From contig DETS01000011.1 of NCBI GenBank assembly GCA_002361735.1, positions 18,539 to 82,538 on the forward strand: a stretch of DNA of 64,000 nt. Direction: 5' to 3'. The position numbers were made by a program, and so were the translations under genes. Position 1 is the stretch's first letter. Every line of letters starts with the position of its first letter. A model generated the notes under the pieces. It saw only the letters and a program-made list of their open reading frames with translations, had not been told where the DNA came from and made no database searches. Origin of the DNA: Lachnospiraceae bacterium UBA3282. GTDB taxonomy: Bacteria; Bacillota; Clostridia; Lachnospirales; Lachnospiraceae. Shown here one piece after another: positions 1-8,036 of this stretch.

Positions 1-1165
1 CCGACACCATGGAACGGAGACTTGCCCGCATCTCTCTGAGGGAATTTGCCATATTACCGCTCTCATCGTGTCTCTTACAGAGTTTATCGCTGTTCTCGTT
101 TTTTGAAAAATCAAAGCGCGCCGTCTTGGATACAATATCGTCGATCTGCGTAATCGGTCTGGTGATTGCCATCCCCATAACGATACCGATCACACCGGCA
201 AAGACCACCGCGATGAGGGATCCCAACAAGATCAGACGTGCAAGATGCCTGGCCGCGTCCTTCATCTCTTTCTCCGATGCCGTCATCACAAAACGCATTC
301 CGTTTGCCAGCGTCACATAACACATATTCTTATCAACGCCCTGATAGCGATAGGTAACGGCCTTTCCTTCCATGGAAGGATCCGCCAGCGCCGCCGCCAT
401 GGAACCGTCCTCCTCCAGACCTGAGATCGCGCTGCCGACATCGAGGGAGCTGTGATAAGCAATATTACCGTTTCCATCTTCCAGAAACGCATAGCCTGTA
501 TCAAATGCGGTCGTCTGATCCACATAGCCGGTAAACATACTAAATTCGACATCCATACCGATGATTCCGACGGATTCTCCGTCGATAAAAATTGGTATCA
601 CATAGGAAACCATATCGACGTCGATATTGGAATTATGGTAAGGCGCCATCCAGGTAGGCTTCCCGTTGTTCACGGGTATGTAATACCATCCCACATGCTC
701 CAGATCGTCCGGCTCATACATGGTAAAATCCGTACACGGTTCCGGCGTAAAATCATCCGCTTCACTTTTTCGGCTCCAGAAGACACCGCTCGTAGGGTCC
801 GTGAATTCCGGATTATAACGGATGTAAGCCGTCAATGCGCCTTCCGTATTGCGTCCGATCTCGTAGAGCAGCTGATTCATGGTCTGTGTGACCTTGTTCA
901 CATAGGGCTTCGACGTCTTAAAGGCATGCAGACTGTCGATCTGCTGCAGCGCCAGATTATAAGCCGTATTTACAGACTGCTCTACCCTTTGCATCTGCGC
1001 GTTCAGTCCTGCCGCCTGACTTGCGCAGATATACTGCATTTCTTTTTGGGAATCCGCATATACGGTTCCACTGGAATTCAAAATGCTGACTCCGCCGCAG
1101 ATCAAAGATGACAAAAGCGCACAAATAACAACTGTTACCAAAATTCTGCCCTTAATTGATTTCAT
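1..1165 (-). CDS. methyl-accepting chemotaxis protein, N-terminal part (signal-anchor TM, Cache-type sensor, TM2, HAMP); 3' end lies off the window
   Basis: Absent from the ORF track because it is open to the window edge. My own translation from ATG 1165-1163 (GGAGTG RBS, 6-nt spacer) gives MKSIKGRILVTVVICALLSSLICGG...WYYIPVNNGKPTWMAPYHNSNIDVDMVSYVIPIFIDGESVGIIGMDVEF...LILLGSLIAVVFAGVIGIVMGMAITRPITQIDDIV. This shows a Cache-like W..PY...vS...PI...G..GvvG.D pattern followed by a TM and a HAMP start. Confidence 0.8.
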   Translation of the reverse strand, partial: MKSIKGRILVTVVICALLSSLICGGVSILNSSGTVYADSQKEMQYICASQAAGLNAQMQRVEQSVNTAYNLALQQIDSLHAFKTSKPYVNKVTQTMNQLLYEIGRNTEGALTAYIRYNPEFTDPTSGVFWSRKSEADDFTPEPCTDFTMYEPDDLEHVGWYYIPVNNGKPTWMAPYHNSNIDVDMVSYVIPIFIDGESVGIIGMDVEFSMFTGYVDQTTAFDTGYAFLEDGNGNIAYHSSLDVGSAISGLEEDGSMAAALADPSMEGKAVTYRYQGVDKNMCYVTLANGMRFVMTASEKEMKDAARHLARLILLGSLIAVVFAGVIGIVMGMAITRPITQIDDIVSKTARFDFSKNENSDKLCKRHDESGNMANSLREMRASLRSMVS

Positions 1166-1199
1166 GTTTCACACTCCTTTGACTGTAAAGATTATTATA

Positions 1200-1901
1200 T
1201 TATGGCTGACTTGTCACGATCTTGGCAATCTGTTCGTTGCTTGCGCCCGCCGGGATTTGGAAGGTTCCCGTCCTGAGACGCTTATCATAGCCATTTTGAC
1301 AAAGATAATTATCATAATCCGATGCGGAAAAAACGACGCCCGCCTCCTCCAGCTTCTTTGCCACCGTGTAGGAACCGTCGCCGCTGACAATGGTAACCTT
1401 CACTACAGACGGCTTCGTATCGGTATTTTTCGGGGATTCCTCCGTGGGGGGCGTCTCCTTATTTCCCGTATCTTCATCCTGCTTTGTCATCTCGTTGGTA
1501 TCCGCGGTCGGCTGCTTATTCTGCGTCGTACGATTGGATGACACAGGTTCCCCGACTTCGTCCTTTGGCTGCGCGACTGCCACATCCTTCTTCACTGGTT
1601 CCGCTGCCGCCTCATTTTCCGCCGGCAGTTCCGTTTTCTCCCGGTCCTCAGCCGTTTCCGGCAGTTCCGTTTCTCCCTGATCCTCAGCCGTTTCCGGCGG
1701 TTCCGTTTCTTCCTGATCCTCAGCCGTTTCCGACGGTTCCACCAATCTTGTATTTTCCGTCATACCGAGTTCTTTCGCCCTGGCAATGATCTCAGCGTCC
1801 GTCATCTCTCTCTTTTCGCCGCGCGAAAGCACAATTCCCATGATGAGCGCCGTAACAATGATGCCAAGACCCAGCCCCCGAAAATAATACTTTTTTTCCA
1901 T
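1200..1901 (-). CDS. membrane-anchored hypothetical protein with acidic PETAED repeats and a C-terminal YceG/MltG-N-terminal-like (LysM-like) domain
   Basis: 233-aa ORF. N-terminal TM is GLGLGIIVTALIMGIVL. It has 3 copies of PETAEDxxxTEx. The C-terminus VKVTIVSGDGSYTVAKKLEEAGVVFSASDYDNYLCQNGYDKRLRTGTFQIPAGASNEQIAKIVT resembles the small N-terminal domain of MltG/YceG. Confidence 0.6.
   Translation of the reverse strand: MEKKYYFRGLGLGIIVTALIMGIVLSRGEKREMTDAEIIARAKELGMTENTRLVEPSETAEDQEETEPPETAEDQGETELPETAEDREKTELPAENEAAAEPVKKDVAVAQPKDEVGEPVSSNRTTQNKQPTADTNEMTKQDEDTGNKETPPTEESPKNTDTKPSVVKVTIVSGDGSYTVAKKLEEAGVVFSASDYDNYLCQNGYDKRLRTGTFQIPAGASNEQIAKIVTSQP
1621..1745 (-). repeat. 36-nt in-frame tandem repeat (~3.4 copies) encoding PETAEDxxxTEx
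   Basis: The unit tcctcagccgtttccggcagttccgtttctccctga recurs at 1645, 1681 and 1717 with a few substitutions. Confidence 0.85.
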
Positions 1902-1913
1902 GCCGCTACGCCC

Positions 1914-2975
1914 CTATACGCCTTCAAACAAATCAATCACCAGCTTCACTTCCCCGAGTCCCAGACCCAGTTCCTTGGCTATCGCCATATTGGATTTTCC
2001 TGCCTTGTGAAGCTCCAGAATCCGTTCATTGCTGTTATGCCCGTCGTTTTGTCCCTGCGCAAAGCGGATGTCCACTCCACGGGGCTCCTCCTTCGCCGCG
2101 CTCCTCGCTCCGGTATTCCCGAAGATACCAAGCTCCGCAAAAGCAGCGCTGGTCGAGATATCAGTCTCCTCCGCCACATAATCCGCATCCGGCTCATGAA
2201 TGATCTCCACGCGCCTGGCTTTGATGGGGGTAAACTCGACCTCCTCAGGCTCATAGAGTTCCTCAGGCAAAGGCTCCTGTTCCGGCTCTGCCGCTTCGTA
2301 CGCCTCCGCCTCCGGTTCTGCAAAAAACTCTTCCGGTTCTTCCTCTATCGTCTCCGGTACATCGTTTCTCCCGCCGCGGAGCGACCAGAAATCCGTCCTG
2401 GTATCCTCCACTGCACCCATTACGGAAACCACTGCTTCCTGTACTGCCTCCTGCGCTTCTTTCGCCGAAGCCTCCGCATTTCGTATCCTCTGGATTGCCT
2501 CCTCCGCCGCGCCCTCAGCGGTCTTTGCTTTCTTCATGGTCTCGTCTGCAGTGATCTCCGCATCCCGTATGGTCTGCCTGATCTCCTCCGCCGCCTGAGA
2601 TGCCTGCCCGATGCTCGTCATCAGCGTATCATGCTTATCGTTTAACATATCATATAGGAAGGTGACCTCCTTATGATTCTTATTGATTTCTTCCAAAACC
2701 GTGTCCGAATACTCGTTCACTGCCATGATTTTTTCGTTGGCCACGCGCTCCATCGCGCGCTCCGTTTTTTCGATGGAATAGCCGATGGTCTCATCCACGA
2801 TCTCGGAAACCCGCTCTCTGACGGTCTCCGCCTCGCCTTCCACCAGCTTCCTGATCTCTGCCTCACTGATCAGCTGTACTTCCTCGTCTGCATCTTTCTT
2901 TCCTGCCGGCAGAAGATATCCCACGATCAAGATCACCACGCCAACAACGATCAGAACGATCTCTATTACGCTCAT
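1914..2975 (-). CDS. membrane-anchored coiled-coil protein with C-terminal helix-turn-helix (possibly DUF6115-like); uncharacterised member of the flagellar-operon tail
   Basis: 353-aa ORF. N-terminal TM is VIEIVLIVVGVVILIVGYLL, followed by a long charged helical region. The C-terminus NERILELHKAGKSNMAIAKELGLGLGEVKLVIDLFEG looks like an HTH. Confidence 0.6.
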   Translation of the reverse strand: MSVIEIVLIVVGVVILIVGYLLPAGKKDADEEVQLISEAEIRKLVEGEAETVRERVSEIVDETIGYSIEKTERAMERVANEKIMAVNEYSDTVLEEINKNHKEVTFLYDMLNDKHDTLMTSIGQASQAAEEIRQTIRDAEITADETMKKAKTAEGAAEEAIQRIRNAEASAKEAQEAVQEAVVSVMGAVEDTRTDFWSLRGGRNDVPETIEEEPEEFFAEPEAEAYEAAEPEQEPLPEELYEPEEVEFTPIKARRVEIIHEPDADYVAEETDISTSAAFAELGIFGNTGARSAAKEEPRGVDIRFAQGQNDGHNSNERILELHKAGKSNMAIAKELGLGLGEVKLVIDLFEGV

Positions 2976-3005
2976 ATCTGTTCCTTTCGCACTCCGACTG
3001 CCGCT

Positions 3006-3323
3006 CTATAAATACGCGTCAAAGGTACTCACACCCTTCAAAAGTACCTTGCCGTCGGGCTCCTTTTTTTCCTGTTTTCTGTTGCGGCCGCCGTCTCCGT
3101 AATACTCGTTGCTGCCTTTTTCTTTTGCATCGTGTCTTTTTTGGCGGTTTTCCGTCTTCTCCTGCTGATTGACACGCTGTACCTGTTTTTCCACCTGCTT
3201 CGTCATCTGCTGACCGAAATTGGCCTGATCCACCATTCCCTTGGTGTCTTCATTATGCTTGATGGTGGTATAATCCTGGGCTCTTGTGATCTGCCCCTGC
3301 ATTTCCACAAAACCGATTGCCAT
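3006..3323 (-). CDS. small Lys/Gln-rich hypothetical protein (105 aa)
   Basis: I moved the start to ATG 3323 (MAIGFVEMQGQ...) because GGAGGG lies 7 nt upstream. The track start at 3338 lies inside that RBS. I recognised no domain. Confidence 0.5.
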   Translation of the reverse strand: MAIGFVEMQGQITRAQDYTTIKHNEDTKGMVDQANFGQQMTKQVEKQVQRVNQQEKTENRQKRHDAKEKGSNEYYGDGGRNRKQEKKEPDGKVLLKGVSTFDAYL

Positions 3324-3338
3324 AGCTATTCCCTCCAT

Positions 3339-3436
3339 GCGGAGAATGCTGTATTTCAGGCATTCTCCTGTACGAGACTTAGAACTTCTCCGCGAAACAG
3401 CCTCTGCTGTGAGTGGCTAGAAGTTCTTCTCGTACT
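3339..3436 (-). promoter_or_regulatory. highly structured intergenic RNA element (two stable hairpins, no U-tract)
   Basis: Hairpin B pairs 3370-3389 with 3419-3435 as a 17-bp perfect stem (gtacgaga[ctt]agaacttct / agaagttcttctcgtac) with a 3-nt bulge and a 29-nt loop. Hairpin A pairs 3341-3349 with 3360-3368 as a 9-bp perfect stem (ggagaatgc / gcattctcc). The element starts 1 nt after the fapA stop and ends 4 nt before the RBS of the next gene. Confidence 0.7.
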
Positions 3437-5026
3437 TTAAAACGGCGCCATCTTGACATCGCCGCGCTCTCTGACAAAACGACAGTAATGCGTGGTCTTC
3501 TGCACGACCATGGAGACATCTCCGATACAGATACGTGTGCCGGGATATACCTCTCCCTTTACGCGCACCACTGCCTCCGCCGGGTTTCCCGCATGTTTCT
3601 GCAAGTTTTCAAGCTCCTTATTCGCCTCAGCGACTGCCTGCGTCTTTTGCTGGTTCGTAGTCGCAAGCGTCTGGATATACTGAACCTGTTCGGGTTTCAA
3701 TTTCACGCCCTGCGCAAGTTTCTGCTTCGTGGAGACCAAAATGGGCTGTACCGTCTGCAATATCTTGGTATCCTCCATGATCTGTTTTTGCAGCTCGCCT
3801 ATGCGTTCCTTGATCTTGGGATCGGCACCCACCTCCACAATGGTGTCCGCCCCCATCTCAGAACCGAGGGTCTTCACATTGATCGTGCCCGTAGCCGTCA
3901 CTTTTCCCCCTGTGATGAATCCCCTTCTGCCGTCCACATTGATCTCACCGCCGGCAGTCACCCTGCTGTGCAGAATGGATTCGGATGCTACGTAGCCCTC
4001 CGCCTGTGCCGTAACATTCTCCAAAAACTTGGAAACGATATTGCCGCCGGCCTGCAGAGTCCCCCTGCCCATACCGTTCATTCCTCTGGCAATGATAATG
4101 TTGCCGTCAGCAACCAGTTTCGCGCCCTCGACAACACCTTTCACGACGATATCCCCTTTTGCTTTCACCTCAAAGTTTGTCGCCACATTGCCGTTAATCT
4201 GCACATTTCCCTCATATTCGATGTTGCCCGTGGCAGTATCCACGTTTTCCACCACCAACTCGTCAGAGACAAATACCGAACCCTCCACCAGTTCAACATG
4301 ACCGTCCACCATAGCCGTCAGCATATCTTTATTCTCCGACAGCTCAATATTATGCCCAAACTTCAGGGTCTCCCCCCGCACTTCCGCCGGTGCGATCCTT
4401 TCTCCGAAGACATTCTCTCCCGGCTCGCCCGGCTGCTGCGGATGCAGAACGGCAAGCACATCGCCTTTATTACAATGATTTAGTATATTCAAATGAAAGA
4501 AATCTACGCTTCCGTCTTCATTCAGGGTCGGTTTTGCCGCCTTGTCGGTATTAAATTTATATTCGATATAAGCGTTCTTTCCCTGGACGGGTTCCTTTCC
4601 CTCCGCCACAAGGATATCCTCGCAATATTCCCGTTTCCGAAAAAAAGCCTCGATCGCATCATGTTTGATTCCGCACTTAATGCCGCGATGCTCCAAATCC
4701 TCGAGCATCTCTTTTAAGGTCATATCCTCGCTGCCCTCTGAGGCAGCATAAAACTTTGCATAAGCCTGCATCTTATCCGGCTTGACTGTCAGCTTATAAC
4801 ACTCCCGCTCCGGAAGTCTCGTCTCGTTTCCGAGCGAGATTTCCTGCTCCGCGCTCTGCGCACCATCCACGGCACGCTTCAAGGTTGGCAGATCGCAGGC
4901 ATAGTCTTTCATGGTCAAATACTCAACCACATCGGTAACATCCACAGGCTTTCCTTCCCCGGTGGGCGGAAACAACTTGAGAGACGATTTCCCCTGCTGA
5001 TTCACCAATCTGAAATATCCGTTCAT
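3437..5026 (-). CDS. fapA: FapA-family (DUF342) flagellar assembly protein A-like
   Basis: 529 aa. It has the typical MNGYFRLVN...LKLFPP start and a beta-helix-like GNI/GDI repeat core (GNVQINGNV..KGDIVVKG..DGNIIIARG..GGNIVSKF). It sits directly after the sigma-28 gene, as in many Clostridia. Confidence 0.8.
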   Translation of the reverse strand: MNGYFRLVNQQGKSSLKLFPPTGEGKPVDVTDVVEYLTMKDYACDLPTLKRAVDGAQSAEQEISLGNETRLPERECYKLTVKPDKMQAYAKFYAASEGSEDMTLKEMLEDLEHRGIKCGIKHDAIEAFFRKREYCEDILVAEGKEPVQGKNAYIEYKFNTDKAAKPTLNEDGSVDFFHLNILNHCNKGDVLAVLHPQQPGEPGENVFGERIAPAEVRGETLKFGHNIELSENKDMLTAMVDGHVELVEGSVFVSDELVVENVDTATGNIEYEGNVQINGNVATNFEVKAKGDIVVKGVVEGAKLVADGNIIIARGMNGMGRGTLQAGGNIVSKFLENVTAQAEGYVASESILHSRVTAGGEINVDGRRGFITGGKVTATGTINVKTLGSEMGADTIVEVGADPKIKERIGELQKQIMEDTKILQTVQPILVSTKQKLAQGVKLKPEQVQYIQTLATTNQQKTQAVAEANKELENLQKHAGNPAEAVVRVKGEVYPGTRICIGDVSMVVQKTTHYCRFVRERGDVKMAPF

Positions 5027-5043
5027 ATAATACCCTCTATTGT

Positions 5044-5829
5044 TTATTTTCTCCTGTCCGTATCTGTGAGGATTCCGATATAATCTCCCAGTTTTCCTCT
5101 CATCTTCTGCAGGGCTCTGGTGTGAAGCTGAGAAATCCTCGACTCCGACACCTCCAGTATATTGCTGATCTCTTTCAGAGTCAGCTCCTCATAATAATAG
5201 AGCAAAATAACCTTTCGTTCCTTCTCTGTCAAGGTTTCCAGTGACTGTGCCAGCATCTTTTTCAGTTCATCCCGCTCAAGGATTTCTTCCGGCGAATCAA
5301 AAGCCGCGCTCTTTGCAGGCGCCGCCTCATTGGAAACTTCACTCCCCTGCTCCAGAAATTCGTTCAAAGACACCACGTTTGTGATCTTCATCTGGGACTG
5401 CCACTCGAGATACTCCTCATCGGTAATCCCCAGGATCTGCGCGATTTCCTCATCCGTAGCGCTCTTTCCGCTCGTCGTCTCGATCTCCCGGATCGCTGCA
5501 TCGATCCGCTTCTGCTTCTGCCTGATCGTTCGGGGGATCCAGTCCATCTTGCGGATCTGATCCAAAATTGCGCCCCTGATCCGCAGACTCGCGTACGTCT
5601 CAAATTTGACGTCCTTTAAGCAGTCAAATTTATCAATGGCATCGATCAATCCGAATATTCCATAACTGACAAGATCCTCATACTCCACGTTATAGCCAAG
5701 GTACATGCTCAGACGTCCCGCCACGACTTTTACCAGGGGGGCGTACTCCAATATGATCTTTTCCCGTATCTCAGGGGACTTCGTATTCTCATAGTCCTCC
5801 CAGAGCTTCTTTTTCCCTGCATCATCCAT
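5044..5829 (-). CDS. fliA: flagellar sigma factor sigma-28 (FliA/SigD/WhiG family)
   Basis: 261 aa. Region 2 is YAPLVKVVAGRL...DLVSYGIFGLIDAIDKFD. Region 4 HTH is LTLKEISNILEVSESRISQLHTRAL. It is at the end of the che block, as in the B. subtilis fla/che operon. Confidence 0.93.
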   Translation of the reverse strand: MDDAGKKKLWEDYENTKSPEIREKIILEYAPLVKVVAGRLSMYLGYNVEYEDLVSYGIFGLIDAIDKFDCLKDVKFETYASLRIRGAILDQIRKMDWIPRTIRQKQKRIDAAIREIETTSGKSATDEEIAQILGITDEEYLEWQSQMKITNVVSLNEFLEQGSEVSNEAAPAKSAAFDSPEEILERDELKKMLAQSLETLTEKERKVILLYYYEELTLKEISNILEVSESRISQLHTRALQKMRGKLGDYIGILTDTDRRK

Positions 5830-5869
5830 ATAGAGTCCCTACCTGCCTTTTCAGCGCAGATACGCCGCA

Positions 5870-6286
5870 TTACTGCTCCGAAGGATCCTTTTCGATGACC
5901 TCGCCTTCTTCCAGCTGCGCCTCATGTATCTGAATCTCAAATCTGTCCAGCATGATCTGCAAAATCCGTCCTACAAAATAAAATCCCACAAGTACACAAA
6001 TAAGAACGATCAGCATCGTCAGCAGTTTATAGTGCAGAATCCTCATGGCGATACTGACGATTGCCCCGGCAAGCAGTGTGACAAAAGCAGGAATCAGTCT
6101 GCGCTTTTTCTCTTTTTCCTGTCTCTCCGCTTCCTCCCGCTTCTCTCTTGCCTCCCGTTCGGCAGCAGTTTCAAGCTCCTCACCAGACTCCTCATCAAGC
6201 TCCGCCGCTTCTCCCTCAGCATCCGGCTGCTGCTTGGCGTTCTCGTCTGCTTCTGTTTGTTCCCCGTTTGTTTTTTCCCAGTCCAC
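5870..6286 (-). CDS. hypothetical membrane protein with acidic N-terminus and two TM helices
   Basis: 138-aa ORF with a GTG start and AAAGGG RBS. It is tightly packed between cheD and fliA. Residues 1-60 are rich in E, D and K, followed by LIPAFVTLLAGAIVSIAM and LLTMLIVLICVLVGFYFVG. Confidence 0.55.
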   Translation of the reverse strand: MDWEKTNGEQTEADENAKQQPDAEGEAAELDEESGEELETAAEREAREKREEAERQEKEKKRRLIPAFVTLLAGAIVSIAMRILHYKLLTMLIVLICVLVGFYFVGRILQIMLDRFEIQIHEAQLEEGEVIEKDPSEQ

Positions 6287-6320
6287 TTGCTAACCCTTTC
6301 GTCCTTCTCCTGCTTGAAGA

Positions 6321-6806
6321 TTAAATTTTATACTCCGGCTTTCCAACCGCGCGAATCACATAATCACCGGTTTCCGGATAAAAAATGACTGTTCTTCCGA
6401 AATTTTTTCCGGTATCCTCCGCCAGGATCGGTATCTTCATCTGTGCGAGCTTCTTTTTCGTCGCTTCCACGTTCCGTTCTCCCACACGAACCGTCTCGCT
6501 CTGACTGCCAAAACCGAACATCTGCGCACCGCCTGCGATCTTAGCTACCAGACGCGACCTGTTCGCGCCCTTTAAGGTCACCTGCCTCACCAGCTCCTCA
6601 ATCCCCGTATCAGCAAATTTCGGGATGTTAGAGTTGTTGCGGATCTGTGTGGAGTCCGGCAGCATAATATGTGCCAGACCACCGATCTTTGTGACCGGAT
6701 CCCGAAGCGCAATACCTACACAAGACCCCAGTCCCAACGTGGTGATGCTGTCGGGACTGACGCATACTTTTAAGTCGGCCATTCCGACTTTTATCTCCAC
6801 TCCCAT
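6321..6806 (-). CDS. cheD: chemoreceptor glutamine deamidase CheD
   Basis: 161 aa. TLGLGSCVGIALRDPVTKIGGLAHIMLP contains the catalytic Cys-His context typical of CheD. Confidence 0.92.
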   Translation of the reverse strand: MGVEIKVGMADLKVCVSPDSITTLGLGSCVGIALRDPVTKIGGLAHIMLPDSTQIRNNSNIPKFADTGIEELVRQVTLKGANRSRLVAKIAGGAQMFGFGSQSETVRVGERNVEATKKKLAQMKIPILAEDTGKNFGRTVIFYPETGDYVIRAVGKPEYKI

Positions 6807-6860
6807 AACACTGCTATCTCCTGTTTACAAATTCTTAATCCATACGCTCACCGGCAGTCC

Positions 6861-7478
6861 TTACAAACTGACCCCTAACGCCGCTAACATTTTTCCATAT
6901 GAATCCAGATCCGGAATCAGGATAAAATATCCGTCCAATACCATCTCATCAAAAAACTGGGTCTGAATCATCAGCATCCGGTCTCCCAGCGCCGCAAACT
7001 CGATCGCAGGCACGCTTATGATCGCTCCCGCCATATCGACCGTTAAGTCAGGCACCGAGGGCTGTATCATCAGATTTGTAATGCTGGAGAGAGAGTTCAG
7101 GTACGCCCCCGTAATGATGTTTCCTACCTCTTTTAAGGCAGAAAACTCCATCTCCGTAAAATCTTCTCCCTCCGACTCCATGCCCATCAGCTTCGCCACC
7201 AGATGTTTGGCGGCTTTCTTTTCCAAAAGGAACATGATGCTGCCATTGATATCGCCCTCTATGGCAAGATAAATTCCCGCCATGACCAGCTCCTCACCGC
7301 CCATGGCTTCGCCCAGCTCCTTAAATTCCAAAAGCTGTACTCTGGGAACCGACATATCCACCTTTGTCTGCATAAGCTGCGCAAGGGCAGTGGTTGCATT
7401 TCCGGCGCCAATATTGCCCAGTTCCTTCAAAACGTCAAAATACTCATTTGACATTTCATCAAGGTTAATCTCACTCAC
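6861..7478 (-). CDS. cheC: CheY-P phosphatase CheC
   Basis: 205 aa with duplicated D/E-x3-E-x2-N-x22-P-like segments (DVLKELGNIGAGNATTAL and SALKEVGNIITGAYLNSL). Confidence 0.9.
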   Translation of the reverse strand: MSEINLDEMSNEYFDVLKELGNIGAGNATTALAQLMQTKVDMSVPRVQLLEFKELGEAMGGEELVMAGIYLAIEGDINGSIMFLLEKKAAKHLVAKLMGMESEGEDFTEMEFSALKEVGNIITGAYLNSLSSITNLMIQPSVPDLTVDMAGAIISVPAIEFAALGDRMLMIQTQFFDEMVLDGYFILIPDLDSYGKMLAALGVSL

Positions 7479-7506
7479 TATGGCTCCTCCTATATCACAT
7501 CACTCG

Positions 7507-7992
7507 TCACATCATGGACGGATCCAAAACTACCGCATTCAGGTCGAGCAGAGAGATCAGACCGCCATCACTCTTTCCTACACCGCTTAGGAAACTTGCT
7601 CTCTCATCCTTGGAATCGTATGCCATCTTCTCGATTCTGTCATTCTCCAGGGTCACTACTTCTTTGACTTCATCGACGATCACGCCGATCGTGCCCTGCT
7701 GCTCCAGTTTCAGAATGATGATCCTGCTGGACTTGGTCTCCACATCCGGTTCCAATCCCATCTTGATGCGAATGCTCATAACGGGAATGACCTCACCTCT
7801 TAAATTGATCACGCCTTTCAGGTATTCATCTACTTTTGGCACCCTGGTAATGTGCTGCATCCTGACAATGTTGTCAATATACTTGATATCAATACCGTAC
7901 TGCTCATCCCCAAGCTTGATGACGATAAACTGCGTCGTTTCGCCGATGGGTCTCAATTCATCTATTTCGTTCGTCGCTACTGTATCACTCAC
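7507..7992 (-). CDS. cheW: chemotaxis coupling protein CheW
   Basis: QFIVIKLGDEQYGIDIKYIDNIVR...VINLRGEVIPVMSIRIKMGL is a typical CheW fold signature. I placed the start at GTG 7992, which is 7 nt after GGAGG. The track's TTG at 8016 contains that RBS. Confidence 0.88.
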   Translation of the reverse strand: MSDTVATNEIDELRPIGETTQFIVIKLGDEQYGIDIKYIDNIVRMQHITRVPKVDEYLKGVINLRGEVIPVMSIRIKMGLEPDVETKSSRIIILKLEQQGTIGVIVDEVKEVVTLENDRIEKMAYDSKDERASFLSGVGKSDGGLISLLDLNAVVLDPSMM

Positions 7993-8036
7993 GTTTTTTC
8001 CTCCTCTTTCCGGCAATCTGCCTCCTTTATTCTATA

